A stretch of DNA of 33,657 nt from Polyangiaceae bacterium (GCA_036374535.1 DASUTR010000670.1:1-33657); one strand, 5' to 3'; counted from the first letter of the stretch, positions 8,097 through 18,619 are shown. Made by a program: numbers and translations. Notes: a model not told the origin generated them from the sequence alone.

Positions 8097-10559
8097 ATGA
8101 GGAAGACCCTCGTCGTCGTCGAATCACCGGCCAAGGCCAAGACCATCAAGAAGTATCTTGGGTCCGGCTACGAGGTCCTCGCCAGCAAGGGTCACGTCAA
8201 AGACCTGCCCAAGCGCATGGGCATCGACGTCGAGAAGGGCTTCCAGGAGACGTACGAGGTCATCGAGAGCAAAGCCGCCGTCCTCTCGGAGCTCAAGACC
8301 GAGGCCAAGAAGGCGAACGTTCTCTTGCTCGCGACCGACCCTGATCGCGAGGGTGAGGCCATCGCGTGGCATCTCGCCGAGGAGCTCGGGCGAAAAGAGC
8401 TCGAGGTCCACCGGGTCGAGTTTCACGAGATCACCAAGAAGGGCGTCGAGCACGGCATCGAGAAGCCGCGGGAGCTCGATCAACATCTCTACGACGCCCA
8501 GCGCGCCCGCCGCGTGCTGGACCGTATCGTCGGCTACGACGTTTCGGCGCTTGTCTGGAACAAGCTCGCCTTCGGACTCAGCGCAGGCCGCGTGCAGTCG
8601 GTCGCCCTCCGCCTCATCGTCGAGCGCGAGCGCGAGATCGAAGCGTTCGTCCCCGAGGAGTACTGGAACGTCGGGGTCGGACTGCGCGGCGCTTCGAAGC
8701 AAGCGTTCACCGCGAGGCTCGTCAAGGCGAGCGGCGAGAAGATCGAAGTCGGAAACGGCGAACAGGCGGCGGCGATCCGCGCGGACCTCCAGGCGGCAAG
8801 CTACGGAGTCGTCGGCGTCACGCAGCGCGAGCAGAAGCGCAACGCGCCGGCTCCCTACACGACGAGCAAGCTCCAGCAGGACGGGACGAGCTACCTGCGC
8901 TTCGGCACCAAGCGCACGATGAACATCGCGCAGCGGCTGTACGAAGGTATCGACCTCAAGAAGGACGGCGGCCTCGTCGGGCTCATCACCTACATGCGCA
9001 CCGACTCGGTACGCGTGAGCCCCGACGCGATCCAGGAAGTGCGCGAGTTCATTCGCACGAAACACGGCGACAAGTTCTTGCCGGCCAAGCCCAACGTCTT
9101 CAAGTCGCGTAAAGACGCGCAGGAGGCGCACGAGGCGATCCGCCCGACCTCGCTCGAGCTCTCACCGGACAAGGTGCGAAAGCATCTGACCGACGAGCAG
9201 TTCAAACTCTACAAGCTCATCTGGGATCGATTCGTCGCCTCGCAGATGGCTCACGCCGTCTACGACCAGACGGGCGTCGACATCGAAGCGACGGCGTCCG
9301 GGAAGAAGCCGGCGCACAAGAGCTACGGCCTCCGCGCGAGCGGCAAGGTCTTGAAGTTCAGCGGCTGGCTCGAGCAGTACCAGGCGGGGCGCGAGCTCGA
9401 AGAGGGGCCGAAGGCGCTCGCGGGCGAGGAAGACGGCGCCGAGGCCGAAGCCGCTCAGCCCACGAACGGGCACGCGGCGTCGAACGGTGCGAACGGCAAG
9501 AAAGCCGCCAAGGGCGGCGACGACGAGGACGGAATTCTGCCGCCCATCGCCGACGGCGAGAAGCTCGAGCTCGTGACACCCCCGGGCGTCGTTACCGAAC
9601 AGAAGTTCACGCAGCCTCCCGCGCGCTTCAACGAAGGCTCGCTCGTGCGCGAGCTCGAGAAGCGCGGCATCGGCCGGCCGAGCACCTACGCCGAGATCAT
9701 CAGCAAGGTTCAGGCTCGCGACTACGTCGAGAAGCTTCCGAGCGGCGGAATGATGGCGACGAACCTCGGCAAGATGATCGTCGATGGCCTGATCTCGACC
9801 GAGCTCGAATTCATGGACCCCACCTTCACCGCGAAGATGGAGGAGGAGCTCGACGAGGTCGAAAGCGGCAAGCTCGAACGCGTCACGCTCTTGAAGCGCT
9901 TCTATTCGCGCTTCCGTAAGGTGCTGGAAGCCGCGAAGAAGAAGAAAGCCTGGAAGCCGGATCCCGAACCCACGGAGTTCAAGTGCGAGGAAGACGGCGG
10001 GGTCATGCTCAAGCGCTGGAGCAAGAACGGCTGGTTCCTCGGCTGCGAGAACTACCCGAAGTGCAAGCACACGCGCGACATGGGCAAGGACGGCAAGGGG
10101 CCGGCGGAGGTCAAGATGACCGACATCGCCTGCGACCAGTGCGGCAAGCCGATGGCGATCCGCACGGGACGCTACGGCGAGTTCCTGTCGTGCACGGGTT
10201 ACCCCGGCTGCAAGAACGCGAAGCCCGTCCCCCTCGGCGTGAAGTGCCCGAAGTGCGGCGGCGACATCGTCGAGGTGCGGTCCAAAAAGAAGGGGGCCAA
10301 GCCCTTCTACGGCTGCTCGAAGTACCCGCAGTGCGACTTCAAGGTGTGGGCGAAGCCCGTCGACGAGCCGTGCCCGCAGTGCCAGCACCCGTTTCTCGTG
10401 ACGGGCGGCGGGCAGAAGAACCCGAAGCTCATGTGCCCGCGCGGTAAAGAGTGCGGTTACAGCCGTCCGCTCGACGAGCCGGTCGAGGGGGAGGGCGCTC
10501 CGGCGGCTGCGACCGACGCGGCCGGGCACGCGAGTCAGAGTCCGGCAGCGCCGGCATGA
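8097..10559 (+). CDS. topA: Type IA DNA topoisomerase I with four C-terminal zinc-ribbon repeats
   Basis: [35 protein letters not shown] (catalytic Tyr), [18 protein letters not shown] and Cys-rich repeats. Confidence 0.99.
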   Translation: MRKTLVVVESPAKAKTIKKYLGSGYEVLASKGHVKDLPKRMGIDVEKGFQETYEVIESKAAVLSELKTEAKKANVLLLATDPDREGEAIAWHLAEELGRKELEVHRVEFHEITKKGVEHGIEKPRELDQHLYDAQRARRVLDRIVGYDVSALVWNKLAFGLSAGRVQSVALRLIVEREREIEAFVPEEYWNVGVGLRGASKQAFTARLVKASGEKIEVGNGEQAAAIRADLQAASYGVVGVTQREQKRNAPAPYTTSKLQQDGTSYLRFGTKRTMNIAQRLYEGIDLKKDGGLVGLITYMRTDSVRVSPDAIQEVREFIRTKHGDKFLPAKPNVFKSRKDAQEAHEAIRPTSLELSPDKVRKHLTDEQFKLYKLIWDRFVASQMAHAVYDQTGVDIEATASGKKPAHKSYGLRASGKVLKFSGWLEQYQAGRELEEGPKALAGEEDGAEAEAAQPTNGHAASNGANGKKAAKGGDDEDGILPPIADGEKLELVTPPGVVTEQKFTQPPARFNEGSLVRELEKRGIGRPSTYAEIISKVQARDYVEKLPSGGMMATNLGKMIVDGLISTELEFMDPTFTAKMEEELDEVESGKLERVTLLKRFYSRFRKVLEAAKKKKAWKPDPEPTEFKCEEDGGVMLKRWSKNGWFLGCENYPKCKHTRDMGKDGKGPAEVKMTDIACDQCGKPMAIRTGRYGEFLSCTGYPGCKNAKPVPLGVKCPKCGGDIVEVRSKKKGAKPFYGCSKYPQCDFKVWAKPVDEPCPQCQHPFLVTGGGQKNPKLMCPRGKECGYSRPLDEPVEGEGAPAAATDAAGHASQSPAAPA

Positions 10560-11902
10560 CCGCTCCCGAGGTCACCGTCGTCGGCGCGGGCCTCGCGGGT
10601 TGCGAAGTCGCTCTGGGTCTCGCCGAACGCGGCATTCGCGTACGATTGCTCGAACAAAAGCCGCTCGCGCGCACCCCCGCGCAGACGAGCGACTCCTTGT
10701 GCGAGCTCGTCTGCTCGAATTCGTTTCGCGGGGCGGCGCTCGCGAACGCCGTCGGGCTCTTGAAGGAGGAGATGCGCCGCCTGGGCTCGTGGGTGATGCG
10801 CGCCGCCGAACGCACACGGGTCCCCGCCGGGGGCGCGCTCGCCGTGGATCGCGAGCGCTTCAGCGCGCTGATGACCGAGTGGGTGCACGCGCACCCGCTC
10901 GTCGAGGTCGCGAGCGCGGTGGTCGAGAGCATTCCCGATGCGCGTCCCGTCGTGCTCGCGACGGGGCCGCTCACGGGTGACGCGCTCGCGGCGGACGTCG
11001 CGCGGCGCGTCGGGCGTGATCGGCTCGCCTACTACGACGCCATCGCGCCGATCGTCAGCGCGGACTCGATCGACGAGTCGAAGGTGTTTCGCGCGTCGCG
11101 CTACGACAAGGGAGAGACCGAAGAGGATCGCACCGCGTACGTGAACGCTCCCATGAACCAGGAGCAGTACAGAGCGTTCGTCGCCGACGTGCGCGCCGCG
11201 CAGAAGGTCGAGCCGAAGAGCTTCGAGGACGTCCGCTATTTCGAGGGTTGTCTGCCCATCGAGGTGATGGCGGAGCGGGGCGAGAACACGCTCGCCTTCG
11301 GGCCCATGAAGCCGGTCGGCCTCACGGATCCGCGCACGGGGCGCTGGCCGTTCGCCGTCGTACAGCTCCGTCCCGAGGACGAGAGCGCGAGTGCCTACAA
11401 CCTGGTCGGCTTCCAGACGCGCATGACGTGGGGCGAGCAGCAGCGCGTGTTCCGCACCATCCCGGGGCTCGAGCAGGCGGAGTTTCTCCGTTACGGCGCC
11501 GTGCACCGCAATACGTTCCTCGACGCGCCGGCGCTGCTCGATTCGACGTTCCAGCTGAGGAGCGAGCCGGGCGTCTACTTCGCGGGACAAATCAGCGGCG
11601 TCGAGGGCTACGTCGAAAGCGCCGCGAGCGGGATGCTCGTCGCGCGCTTCATCGCCGAGCGCCTCGGCGGCCACGAGCCGCGCTTGCCCCCTCCGACGAC
11701 CGCTCTCGGCGGGCTCATCGCGCAGCTCTCACGGCACCCGGGCGACTACCAGCCGTCGAACATCACCTTCTCGCACCTCGCCCCACACGAGGGCCGGCGG
11801 CTGAAGAAGCGCGCCAAGTACGAGGTCATGGCGGAGCGCGCGCTTTCGGATCTTGCGGCCTGGAGCGAGGCGGATCGACCGGCAGTGTTACAGTCGGGCT
11901 GA
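10556..11902 (+). CDS. trmFO: Folate/FAD-dependent tRNA m5U54 methyltransferase
   Basis: [35 protein letters not shown] and GVEGYVES motifs; ATGA overlap with the topA stop. Confidence 0.97.
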   Translation: MTAPEVTVVGAGLAGCEVALGLAERGIRVRLLEQKPLARTPAQTSDSLCELVCSNSFRGAALANAVGLLKEEMRRLGSWVMRAAERTRVPAGGALAVDRERFSALMTEWVHAHPLVEVASAVVESIPDARPVVLATGPLTGDALAADVARRVGRDRLAYYDAIAPIVSADSIDESKVFRASRYDKGETEEDRTAYVNAPMNQEQYRAFVADVRAAQKVEPKSFEDVRYFEGCLPIEVMAERGENTLAFGPMKPVGLTDPRTGRWPFAVVQLRPEDESASAYNLVGFQTRMTWGEQQRVFRTIPGLEQAEFLRYGAVHRNTFLDAPALLDSTFQLRSEPGVYFAGQISGVEGYVESAASGMLVARFIAERLGGHEPRLPPPTTALGGLIAQLSRHPGDYQPSNITFSHLAPHEGRRLKKRAKYEVMAERALSDLAAWSEADRPAVLQSG

Positions 11903-11938
11903 AATAAGGGTGCGTCTTTCGGCCCATTCCGCGGCATT

Positions 11939-11967
11939 TTGCCAGCGCTGCAGACGAGCCTTACGCT
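11939..11967 (+). promoter_or_regulatory. Sigma70-type promoter TTGCCA-N17-TACGCT upstream of relA
   Basis: Near-consensus hexamers with a 17-nt spacer in the trmFO-relA gap. Confidence 0.55.
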
Positions 11968-12002
11968 AGTAGCCCGGGTTCCCGCTCGTGGTCCCGGACG
12001 GC

Positions 12003-14159
12003 ATGCTCGCCCTCGACTCCCTCGTCGATATCGTTCGGACGTATCACCCCGCTGCGGATCTCGACCTCATCCGCAAGGCGTACCACTACTCCGAGTGGGC
12101 CCATAAGGGGCAGACCCGAAAGAGCGGCGAGCCCTATTTCGTGCACCCCGCGAGCGTCGCCGGGCTCATCACCGAACTCCGGTTGGACACCGCGAGCGTT
12201 TGCGCGGGGCTTCTCCACGACGTGCTCGAAGACACGCGCGTCACGACGTCGGACTTGTCGCGCGAGTTCGGCACCGAAGTGACGACGATCGTCGACGGCG
12301 TCACGAAGCTCGGAAAGATCAATTTCGTTTCGCGCGAGGATCGCCAGGCCGAGAGCTTCGGCAAGATGGTCGTGGCGATGGCGCAGGATCTGCGCGTGCT
12401 GCTCGTGAAGCTCTGCGATCGGCTCGACAACATGCGCACGCTCGATCACATGAAGCCCGAGGCGCAGGAGCGCATCGCGCGCGAAACCCGGGAGATTTAC
12501 GCTCCGCTCGCGTCGCGTCTCGGCATGCAGCGTTTGAAGAGCGAGCTCGAGGATCTCTCGTTCAAGTACCTCGAGCCGGACGCGCACGGCGAGCTCGCGT
12601 CGAAGCTCGCGAAGACCAAGAAGGACCGCGAGCGCTACATCGAGAGCGTCTGTCGCACCATCGTGTCGCGCCTCGCCGAGCAGGGATTCGCCGCCGAAGT
12701 CACCGGTCGCGCGAAACACCTCTACTCGATCCACCGCAAGATGAAGGGTCAGAGCTGCGACTTCGAGCAGGTCTACGACATCTTGGCGTTCCGCATCTGC
12801 GTGGAATCGGTTGCAGACTGCTACGCCGCGCTCGGCGCCATGCACTCGCGCTGGACGCCCATCCCGGGGCGTTTCAAGGACTACATCGCGCTGCCGAAGC
12901 CGAACATGTATCAGTCGCTCCACACGACGGTGATCGGTCCCGGGCGGCAGCGCATCGAGATTCAGATCCGCACGCACGAAATGCACCGCGTCGCCGAGCA
13001 CGGCGTCGCGGCCCACTGGCGCTACAAGGAACGCATCGGCGGCGGCGTCGATCCGAAGGACGCTCAGAAGTTCGGCTGGTTGCGCGAGCTCGCCGACTTC
13101 CAGCAGAACGTCAAAGACCCGGTCGAGTTCATGGAGAGCGTCAAGATCGACCTCTTCCCCGACGAGGTCTACGTCTTCACGCCGAAGGGCGACGTGCGAG
13201 TCTTGCCGCGCGGCTCGACCCCCGTCGATTTCGCGTACGCGATTCACTCCGAAATCGGCCAGCACTGCTCGGGCGCTCGCGCCAACGGCCAGATCGTGCC
13301 CCTCCGCTACAAGCTGAAGAGCGGCGACGTGATCGAGGTGATCTCGAGCGCGACACATCAGCCGAACAAGGATTGGCTCGATTTCGTCGTCACGACGCGA
13401 GCCCGCTCGCGCATTCGCGCCCACATCCGCAGCGAGCTCAGGTTGAAGAGCATCAACCTCGGGCGCGAGCTCCTCGAGTCCGAGATGAGGACGGGGGGGC
13501 TTTCGTTCGCGAAGCTCGCAAAGAGCGAGCGCGACTCGAAGCGCGTCGCCGAGCATTTCGGGCACGGCAGCCTGGACGAGCTCTTGCTGTCGGTCGGCTA
13601 CGGCAAGCTCGACGCCGAGGACGTCGTCGAGGCGATGCAGACGCAGGCGCCCGACAGCGAGCCGTCGCCGAGCCTCCGGCAGGGACGCATCGAGCAGTTC
13701 GTGCGCAAGGTGATCGGTAGGGATCACGCCGGCATCACCGTGAACGGCATCGACGACGTGCTCGTGCGCTATGCGCGCTGCTGCAATCCGCTGCCGGGCG
13801 ACGCCATCATCGGGTTCATCACGCGCGGTCGCGGCGTCGCCGTCCACCGGCGCGAGTGCAAGAAAGCGCTCGACATGGATCCCGAGCGCCGCGTCGACGT
13901 CGCGTGGGATTCGAAGGCGAAAATCAATCGCCCGGTTCAGCTCTGCGTCACGACCACGAACAAACCCGGCATTCTGGCGACGGTGAGCCAGACCTTCAGC
14001 GCGCAGAGCATCAACATCAGCGAAGCGAACTGTCGCGCCGGCGAAGACGGCCAGGCGCGCAACGTCTTCACGTTCCACTGTAACGACCTCACGCAACTCA
14101 AGGGCGTCATGCGCGCCCTGTCCCGCGTGAACGGCGTCGTCGACGTCTCGCGCATCTGA
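12003..14159 (+). CDS. relA: Bifunctional (p)ppGpp synthetase/hydrolase (long RSH: HD, synthetase, TGS, ZFD, ACT)
   Basis: RKSGEPY and LLHDVLED (intact HD), GRFKDYI (RxKD type), YQSLHT, EIQIRT, GVAAHWRYK, VYVFTPKG and CCNPLPGD. Alternative GTG start at 11988. Confidence 0.97.
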   Translation: MLALDSLVDIVRTYHPAADLDLIRKAYHYSEWAHKGQTRKSGEPYFVHPASVAGLITELRLDTASVCAGLLHDVLEDTRVTTSDLSREFGTEVTTIVDGVTKLGKINFVSREDRQAESFGKMVVAMAQDLRVLLVKLCDRLDNMRTLDHMKPEAQERIARETREIYAPLASRLGMQRLKSELEDLSFKYLEPDAHGELASKLAKTKKDRERYIESVCRTIVSRLAEQGFAAEVTGRAKHLYSIHRKMKGQSCDFEQVYDILAFRICVESVADCYAALGAMHSRWTPIPGRFKDYIALPKPNMYQSLHTTVIGPGRQRIEIQIRTHEMHRVAEHGVAAHWRYKERIGGGVDPKDAQKFGWLRELADFQQNVKDPVEFMESVKIDLFPDEVYVFTPKGDVRVLPRGSTPVDFAYAIHSEIGQHCSGARANGQIVPLRYKLKSGDVIEVISSATHQPNKDWLDFVVTTRARSRIRAHIRSELRLKSINLGRELLESEMRTGGLSFAKLAKSERDSKRVAEHFGHGSLDELLLSVGYGKLDAEDVVEAMQTQAPDSEPSPSLRQGRIEQFVRKVIGRDHAGITVNGIDDVLVRYARCCNPLPGDAIIGFITRGRGVAVHRRECKKALDMDPERRVDVAWDSKAKINRPVQLCVTTTNKPGILATVSQTFSAQSINISEANCRAGEDGQARNVFTFHCNDLTQLKGVMRALSRVNGVVDVSRI

Positions 14160-14192
14160 TGGCCGGCCACGCGCTCCCTGTACGAAGGGATT

Positions 14193-14308
14193 GAACCGCC
14201 AAGACGCCAAGGTCGCCAAGGAGAATTTTTGGGTTCTTCGGAGTGTCCGCCTTCTCCAAGAAAACTCCCTCTTGGCGAGGCTTGGCGCTCTTGGCGTCTT
14301 GGCGGTTC
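14193..14308. repeat. Palindromic REP/MITE-like element with arms built from tandem CGCCAAG units
   Basis: Left arm GAACCGCCAAGACGCCAAGGTCGCCAAG (14193-14220). Right arm (14271-14308) reverse-complements to GAACCGCCAAGACGCCAAGAGCGCCAAGCCTCGCCAAG, giving a 19-bp perfect terminal inverted repeat. Interior is AT-richer. Confidence 0.85.
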
Positions 14309-14317
14309 GTCCGTCCG

Positions 14318-16096
14318 CTACGTGGGGTGATGGGTGTTCGGGCGCCAGGTGAAGGTGTCGACGAGGACGGGGTCTTGGGCGGGGCCGAGTGGGTCGACGG
14401 CGCCGATGCAGAAGCCGTCGATGCCGCTGCCGTCGGCGCGCACGCGGAGGCGCAAGAAGTGTTTGTAACCGGGGTGGTCGAGCGCGGTGAACGCCTGCGT
14501 GTGCTCGAAGCCGAGGCGCGTGAGGAGCGAGAGGTACGCGCCGAACACGAACACTCCGGCGAAGACGGAGACGGTGAGGGTCGCGATCACGAGCAGCGTG
14601 AGCGAGATGGAGATGCCGAGCTCGGCGAGGCCGTGGCCGATGAGGTACGAGCCTCCGACGGGAAGCAGCGCCGTCAGGAACGACGTGCCGAACGCGAAGG
14701 GGAGGACGGCGGGCCGGCGCCTGACGCCGCCGATGAGCGCGTAAACGACGCCGAGCAGGAGCGTGATGGACACGGGCGCGGCGAGGATGACGCCGAGCCG
14801 CTCGTAGAAGCGCGCGCCGAACGAAACCGCGGGCAGGAACAGCGCGAGCAGCACGAGGTGCGGCAAGAAGCCCGAGCGACCGGCGCCGATCTTGAACGCG
14901 ACGGCGCGGAGGAGCTGCCTGCACTGCGCGGCGTTCGGCCACTGCAGGTCGTGCGGGAGCCCGCCGGCGGCGAGCCGCGCGGGGTGGAGAAATGCGCCGC
15001 CGCCGCCCGCGATGACGTGCAGCGTGCGCCCGCGCCGCAGCCGCTGGTAGTGGTGCACGTCGCCCGTCAGCACGAAATGATCGCGCGCTTCGAGATCGAG
15101 CCCGAGCGGCTCGATCATGGCGGTGCCCGTCTTGCTCGGAACGCCGAAGCGATAGATGGGGTCGGGGAGGAGCACCCAGGCCGCGAGGTCCGGGCGGTCG
15201 CGATAGAGGTCGCCGAGAAATCGGCTCTGCCTCGAGTCCGGGGTGCGCAGCTGCCGGTCCACGGCGTAAAGCTGGAACGTTCGCGTGACGGCGAGCGCGA
15301 AGTAGCTCGCGTTCTGCACGGGCGTGTAACCCGCGAGCACGAGCGACCGCGGCTTGTCGACCTTCCCGCCGCGCACGAACTGGCGCGCCCATTCGGCGTA
15401 GTGTTGGAGCATCGCCTGCGAGATGCCGACGACGCTCGGGCGCGCTTCGTCGTCGCCCGTTCGGCGGCGAAATAGGCGCTGAAAGCCGTCGAGCCCGTCG
15501 TACCAATCGTGGTTGCCCGGAATGCCGAGGAGAACACGCGGTGCGTTGCTCGCGGGCAAGGCATCGAGCACCTGATTCCAGGGCGCGATCACGCGGTTCG
15601 TGATCTCTTGCGCCGTGGCGACGGGGTACGCCGTGTCCCCGCCGAAAAGCAGGATCTCACCGCGCGGAGCGAGCAGGAGCTCGCCCGGACGATCCGGATC
15701 CGGGAGCTCGTAGTCGGCGAAGAGAAGGTGGGCGACCGCTCGGCTCACGGAGACGTCGTCGCCCGTGTCGGCGACGAAATCGATCCAGATATCGCGCCCG
15801 AGCGCATCGACCAGGCTCGAGGCGGACGGATCGCCGCCGAGCTCGCGGGCGATGCGCGCGAGGAGCTCGTCGGGCGGATCGGCCGTCATCCAATCGCGAG
15901 AATCGACGTCTTCGGTCGCGATCGCCGACGCGACGAAATGGCGAAGATGCCCCCAGAACGAGCTCGCGCCGAACCAGACGACACCGCGCGGCCGCGCCTT
16001 GCCGCGCGTGAACTTCGCGCGGGCTTCGGCGCCGGCGGGTTTCGGCCGAAGGGGCGCTCGTTCCGCGCCCGCGGCGTCGAACGGCCGCTCACCCAT
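14318..16096 (-). CDS. Calcineurin-like metallophosphoesterase with C-terminal transmembrane helices
   Basis: DFVADTGD, GGDTAYP, IPGNHDWYDG, GDVHHY and GGGGAFLHP motifs, then about four hydrophobic segments. Confidence 0.85.
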   Translation of the reverse strand: MGERPFDAAGAERAPLRPKPAGAEARAKFTRGKARPRGVVWFGASSFWGHLRHFVASAIATEDVDSRDWMTADPPDELLARIARELGGDPSASSLVDALGRDIWIDFVADTGDDVSVSRAVAHLLFADYELPDPDRPGELLLAPRGEILLFGGDTAYPVATAQEITNRVIAPWNQVLDALPASNAPRVLLGIPGNHDWYDGLDGFQRLFRRRTGDDEARPSVVGISQAMLQHYAEWARQFVRGGKVDKPRSLVLAGYTPVQNASYFALAVTRTFQLYAVDRQLRTPDSRQSRFLGDLYRDRPDLAAWVLLPDPIYRFGVPSKTGTAMIEPLGLDLEARDHFVLTGDVHHYQRLRRGRTLHVIAGGGGAFLHPARLAAGGLPHDLQWPNAAQCRQLLRAVAFKIGAGRSGFLPHLVLLALFLPAVSFGARFYERLGVILAAPVSITLLLGVVYALIGGVRRRPAVLPFAFGTSFLTALLPVGGSYLIGHGLAELGISISLTLLVIATLTVSVFAGVFVFGAYLSLLTRLGFEHTQAFTALDHPGYKHFLRLRVRADGSGIDGFCIGAVDPLGPAQDPVLVDTFTWRPNTHHPT

Positions 16097-17042
16097 GCTC
16101 GGGCCCCGTGAAGGGACCGAGCTCCTCGTCGGCGAGCGCCCGAATGCGCGCGCGCATCTCGGCTTCGGGAGGCGCTTCGGTGGCCGATACGTAGAGCAGG
16201 GGGGCGCGATCCAAGTAACGCTCGATGGGGGGCCGGAGCTTCACGTCGAGGCCTTCGAGCTCGAGGAGATCGCCGATGTTCTGATCCGGGGTGAAGCGGC
16301 GGTAAAGCTCGCGCTTGGCCTCGAGGTACGCCGTCCCCGCGGCGCGCGTCGGCCAGCGCGAAAATGCGGCGACGAGTTTTTCGCGCGGGAGCGCGGCGGC
16401 CGGCAACGACTCCGAGGTCGTCACGCCGAACCAAGACAGGACCTTCCGTAGCGATTGATTTTCGGTGAGGCCGACGAGCGGCGGGCGCGGCGCGCCGCCC
16501 GCTTGGAGGACGTCGACGACGAACTCGGAGCAGAAGAGCGCGTCGCTGTCGTCGAAATCCCAGTGCGCGTCGAATTCGACCGCGTCGTCCTCGATTTGTC
16601 GCACTTTTTCGGCCATTTTCGCGCGATCGACGCCGGCCGGGGGATCGAAGACCTCGACGTAGAGGTGGATGCCGACGTAATCGGCAATCGACGTCTTGCG
16701 CACCCCGCCGTGCAGTGAGCCGGGCGGCGTCGTCGCGAGCGTCGGCTTGAACTCGGCGGACATGTCGTAGACGAACGGCTCGCCGCGTTCGTCGAGCACG
16801 ATCATGGCCGAGTGCGTGAAACGGAAGAAACGGTTCGGTGCGAGCGTGAAGAGGACGCCGTGCGGTCCCGGCGCCTCGCTCAGTAGGATTTGGCCCGTCT
16901 CGAACGGCAGGTGACCCGGCTTCGCGCGCGTCGGGTCGAGGTACACCGCGCGCGTCGAGTACTCGAGCCGCTGCGCGACGCAGCCGGGAAGCGCGAGCGG
17001 CAGGCCGAGCGCGAGGAGCTCGCGGCGATTCAGCGCGCGCAT
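16089..17042 (-). CDS. Permuted papain-like NlpC/P60 (YiiX/YebB-type) lipoprotein, possible Tat substrate
   Basis: MRALNRRELLALGLPLALPGC (RR motif plus lipobox); GQILL..FTHSAM (His) comes before FDAHWDFDDSDALFCSEFV (Cys), the permuted order. Confidence 0.75.
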   Translation of the reverse strand: MRALNRRELLALGLPLALPGCVAQRLEYSTRAVYLDPTRAKPGHLPFETGQILLSEAPGPHGVLFTLAPNRFFRFTHSAMIVLDERGEPFVYDMSAEFKPTLATTPPGSLHGGVRKTSIADYVGIHLYVEVFDPPAGVDRAKMAEKVRQIEDDAVEFDAHWDFDDSDALFCSEFVVDVLQAGGAPRPPLVGLTENQSLRKVLSWFGVTTSESLPAAALPREKLVAAFSRWPTRAAGTAYLEAKRELYRRFTPDQNIGDLLELEGLDVKLRPPIERYLDRAPLLYVSATEAPPEAEMRARIRALADEELGPFTGPEHG

Positions 17043-17254
17043 CGTTCCCCCTGGACCGCCGAACCACTCTTCGCGACGCGAATCGGCGCCGGCAGGCAGC
17101 ACGACGGCTTCGCCGTGCTCTCACCGGCCGAGAAATTGCTGTGTTTCGGCGACTGCGCGCAGAACTCGGTCGCGACGCCCCTCGGGACACGAATGCACCC
17201 GAGCGGTACTACCGAGAGCACGAGCGCCGCCAGGCGAGCGCTCGGGACGATCAC
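17030..17254 (-). CDS. Small Cys-rich putative lipoprotein (74 aa)
   Basis: GTG start 7 nt after GAGG; MIVPSARLAALVLSVVPLGC lipobox; fills the gap between flanking co-directional genes. Confidence 0.55.
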   Translation of the reverse strand: MIVPSARLAALVLSVVPLGCIRVPRGVATEFCAQSPKHSNFSAGESTAKPSCCLPAPIRVAKSGSAVQGERCAR

Positions 17255-17270
17255 GCGAGGACCTCGTTCA

Positions 17271-18134
17271 TCACGGTTGCCGTTCGATCTCGTACGTCGA
17301 ATGCGGCCTGGTGAGGAAGAGGACACCCGAGGCGAGGAAAAACACGCCTCCGGTCGCGGCGAGGCCGATGCCCACGTTGCGGACGCCGTCCGAGCCGTCC
17401 GCGAGCGCCCAGCCCGCGAGCATGCCCCCGCCGACGAGACTGAAGATGGTGCCGCCGACGAGCATGGCGCGCGGCCAGATGGGCCACATGTTGCTCACGA
17501 GGTCGGCCTTGATGCGGGCGTTGTAGCGGGGAAGTCGAAACCACTCGGTCGGCTCGGTGCGATCGCCGTCGATTCGATACACGACCGGGTCGTAGGCGGG
17601 GAGCTCGACGTCGCAGGGAACCTGGCAGACGAGGTGATAGCCGACGGTGCCGGTCAGCGCCGAGGGTCCGGTGGCCTGCTCGGCGAGCTTCGAGCCGATC
17701 CGTCGTTCGAGGAAGGCCTCCTCGTTCGACTCGAGCTTGAGGTTGACGCGGGGGCCTCGGATGGCCGAAAGGATGCGATCGAGCTCACGTTGCTCGGCTT
17801 TGGCCTCCGGCGCCGGAGCCGTCGCTTTCGCAACCGCGCCCGGGGCGGGCGCGACAGGCTCGGTGAACTTCAGCGGCTTGCCGGAACGCTCGGCGGACGC
17901 GATCTCCCCGACGGGGATCTTACGCACCTCGCCGGTCGGCAGCTCGATGGTGAGATGACTTGCCGGATCGACCTCGAGGATCAAGCCGCGCAGGTACGCG
18001 CCGTTCTTGAGCTCGATGGCGTCGGCGAGACGCGCCTGGTCTGCCTTCGGGTCGGAAGCGGGAACTTGTGCCCGAACTTCCGGCGCAGCCAGGACGGCCA
18101 ATGCAAGGAACGAAACTGCGAGCGAACGCGCCAC
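17271..18134 (-). CDS. Hypothetical exported/membrane protein
   Basis: Signal peptide MARSLAVSFLALAVLAAPEVRAQ, beta-rich DAIELKNGAYLRGLILE module, VCQVPC motif and two C-terminal hydrophobic helices. Confidence 0.75.
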   Translation of the reverse strand: MARSLAVSFLALAVLAAPEVRAQVPASDPKADQARLADAIELKNGAYLRGLILEVDPASHLTIELPTGEVRKIPVGEIASAERSGKPLKFTEPVAPAPGAVAKATAPAPEAKAEQRELDRILSAIRGPRVNLKLESNEEAFLERRIGSKLAEQATGPSALTGTVGYHLVCQVPCDVELPAYDPVVYRIDGDRTEPTEWFRLPRYNARIKADLVSNMWPIWPRAMLVGGTIFSLVGGGMLAGWALADGSDGVRNVGIGLAATGGVFFLASGVLFLTRPHSTYEIERQP

Positions 18135-18156
18135 GTCGTTCGAGCAGTGGGAGGTG

Positions 18157-18190
18157 GATCGGCGACGCCGAACGAGCGGCATCGCCGATC
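18157..18190 (-). terminator. 14-bp stem-loop just downstream of the TRL-like gene (terminator or mRNA stabiliser; no U-tract)
   Basis: Minus strand GATCGGCGATGCCG-ctcgtt-CGGCGTCGCCGATC. The single mismatch is a U-G wobble only on the transcribed minus strand. Confidence 0.6.
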
Positions 18191-18213
18191 TGACCTTTCA
18201 CTACTCCTCGGTA

Positions 18214-18543
18214 CTACTCGCCGGTGACGACGACGCAGTACGTGGAATAGAGGTTCAAAATCGTGGAAGCGGTGCCATCCACCGAGGCAATCTTCGTGAT
18301 CCCCGCTTGCTTCGCGGCCGAAGCGGCCGACGCGTCACCCGAGGCAAAGATGCCCAGGATGTTCGAGGTGCAGCCTTCGCCGCGCTTGCCACCGACCGCG
18401 TTGTCGTTGGTGTGCTCGTTGAACTGAACGTCGGAGTAGATGCTTGCTCCGCCGGCGTGCTTACCCTTGACCGGCGAACCGGCGCAGGCAGCGAGGAAGC
18501 ACAAGTATCCGAGAGCCACGGATGCCGAAATGACCTTCTTCAT
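18214..18543 (-). CDS. TRL-like family lipoprotein
   Basis: MKK...LAAC lipobox; KRGEGCTSNILGIFASGDAS..AAKQAGITKIASVD..CVVVTGE pattern of the TRL-like family. Confidence 0.85.
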   Translation of the reverse strand: MKKVISASVALGYLCFLAACAGSPVKGKHAGGASIYSDVQFNEHTNDNAVGGKRGEGCTSNILGIFASGDASAASAAKQAGITKIASVDGTASTILNLYSTYCVVVTGE

Positions 18544-18619
18544 GGTCTAAACCCTTTTTCCGTTTTCTATTTAGTGAATGGGCGGGTGCGAGTCTGAAAC
18601 CCCGCAACCGTAACCGGCG

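Noticed and set aside
1737-9488. Peptide HAASNG present in both the HARE-HTH protein and the TopA insertion
   Set aside because: Six residues in low-complexity linkers with different codons; consistent with chance.
11903-12002. Expected xerC after dprA-topA-trmFO
   Set aside because: No recombinase gene or remnant in the gap; gene-order variation here is ordinary.
11961-15506. 1181-aa minus-strand ORF
   Set aside because: Antisense to relA and out of frame with the phosphoesterase; no domain signal.
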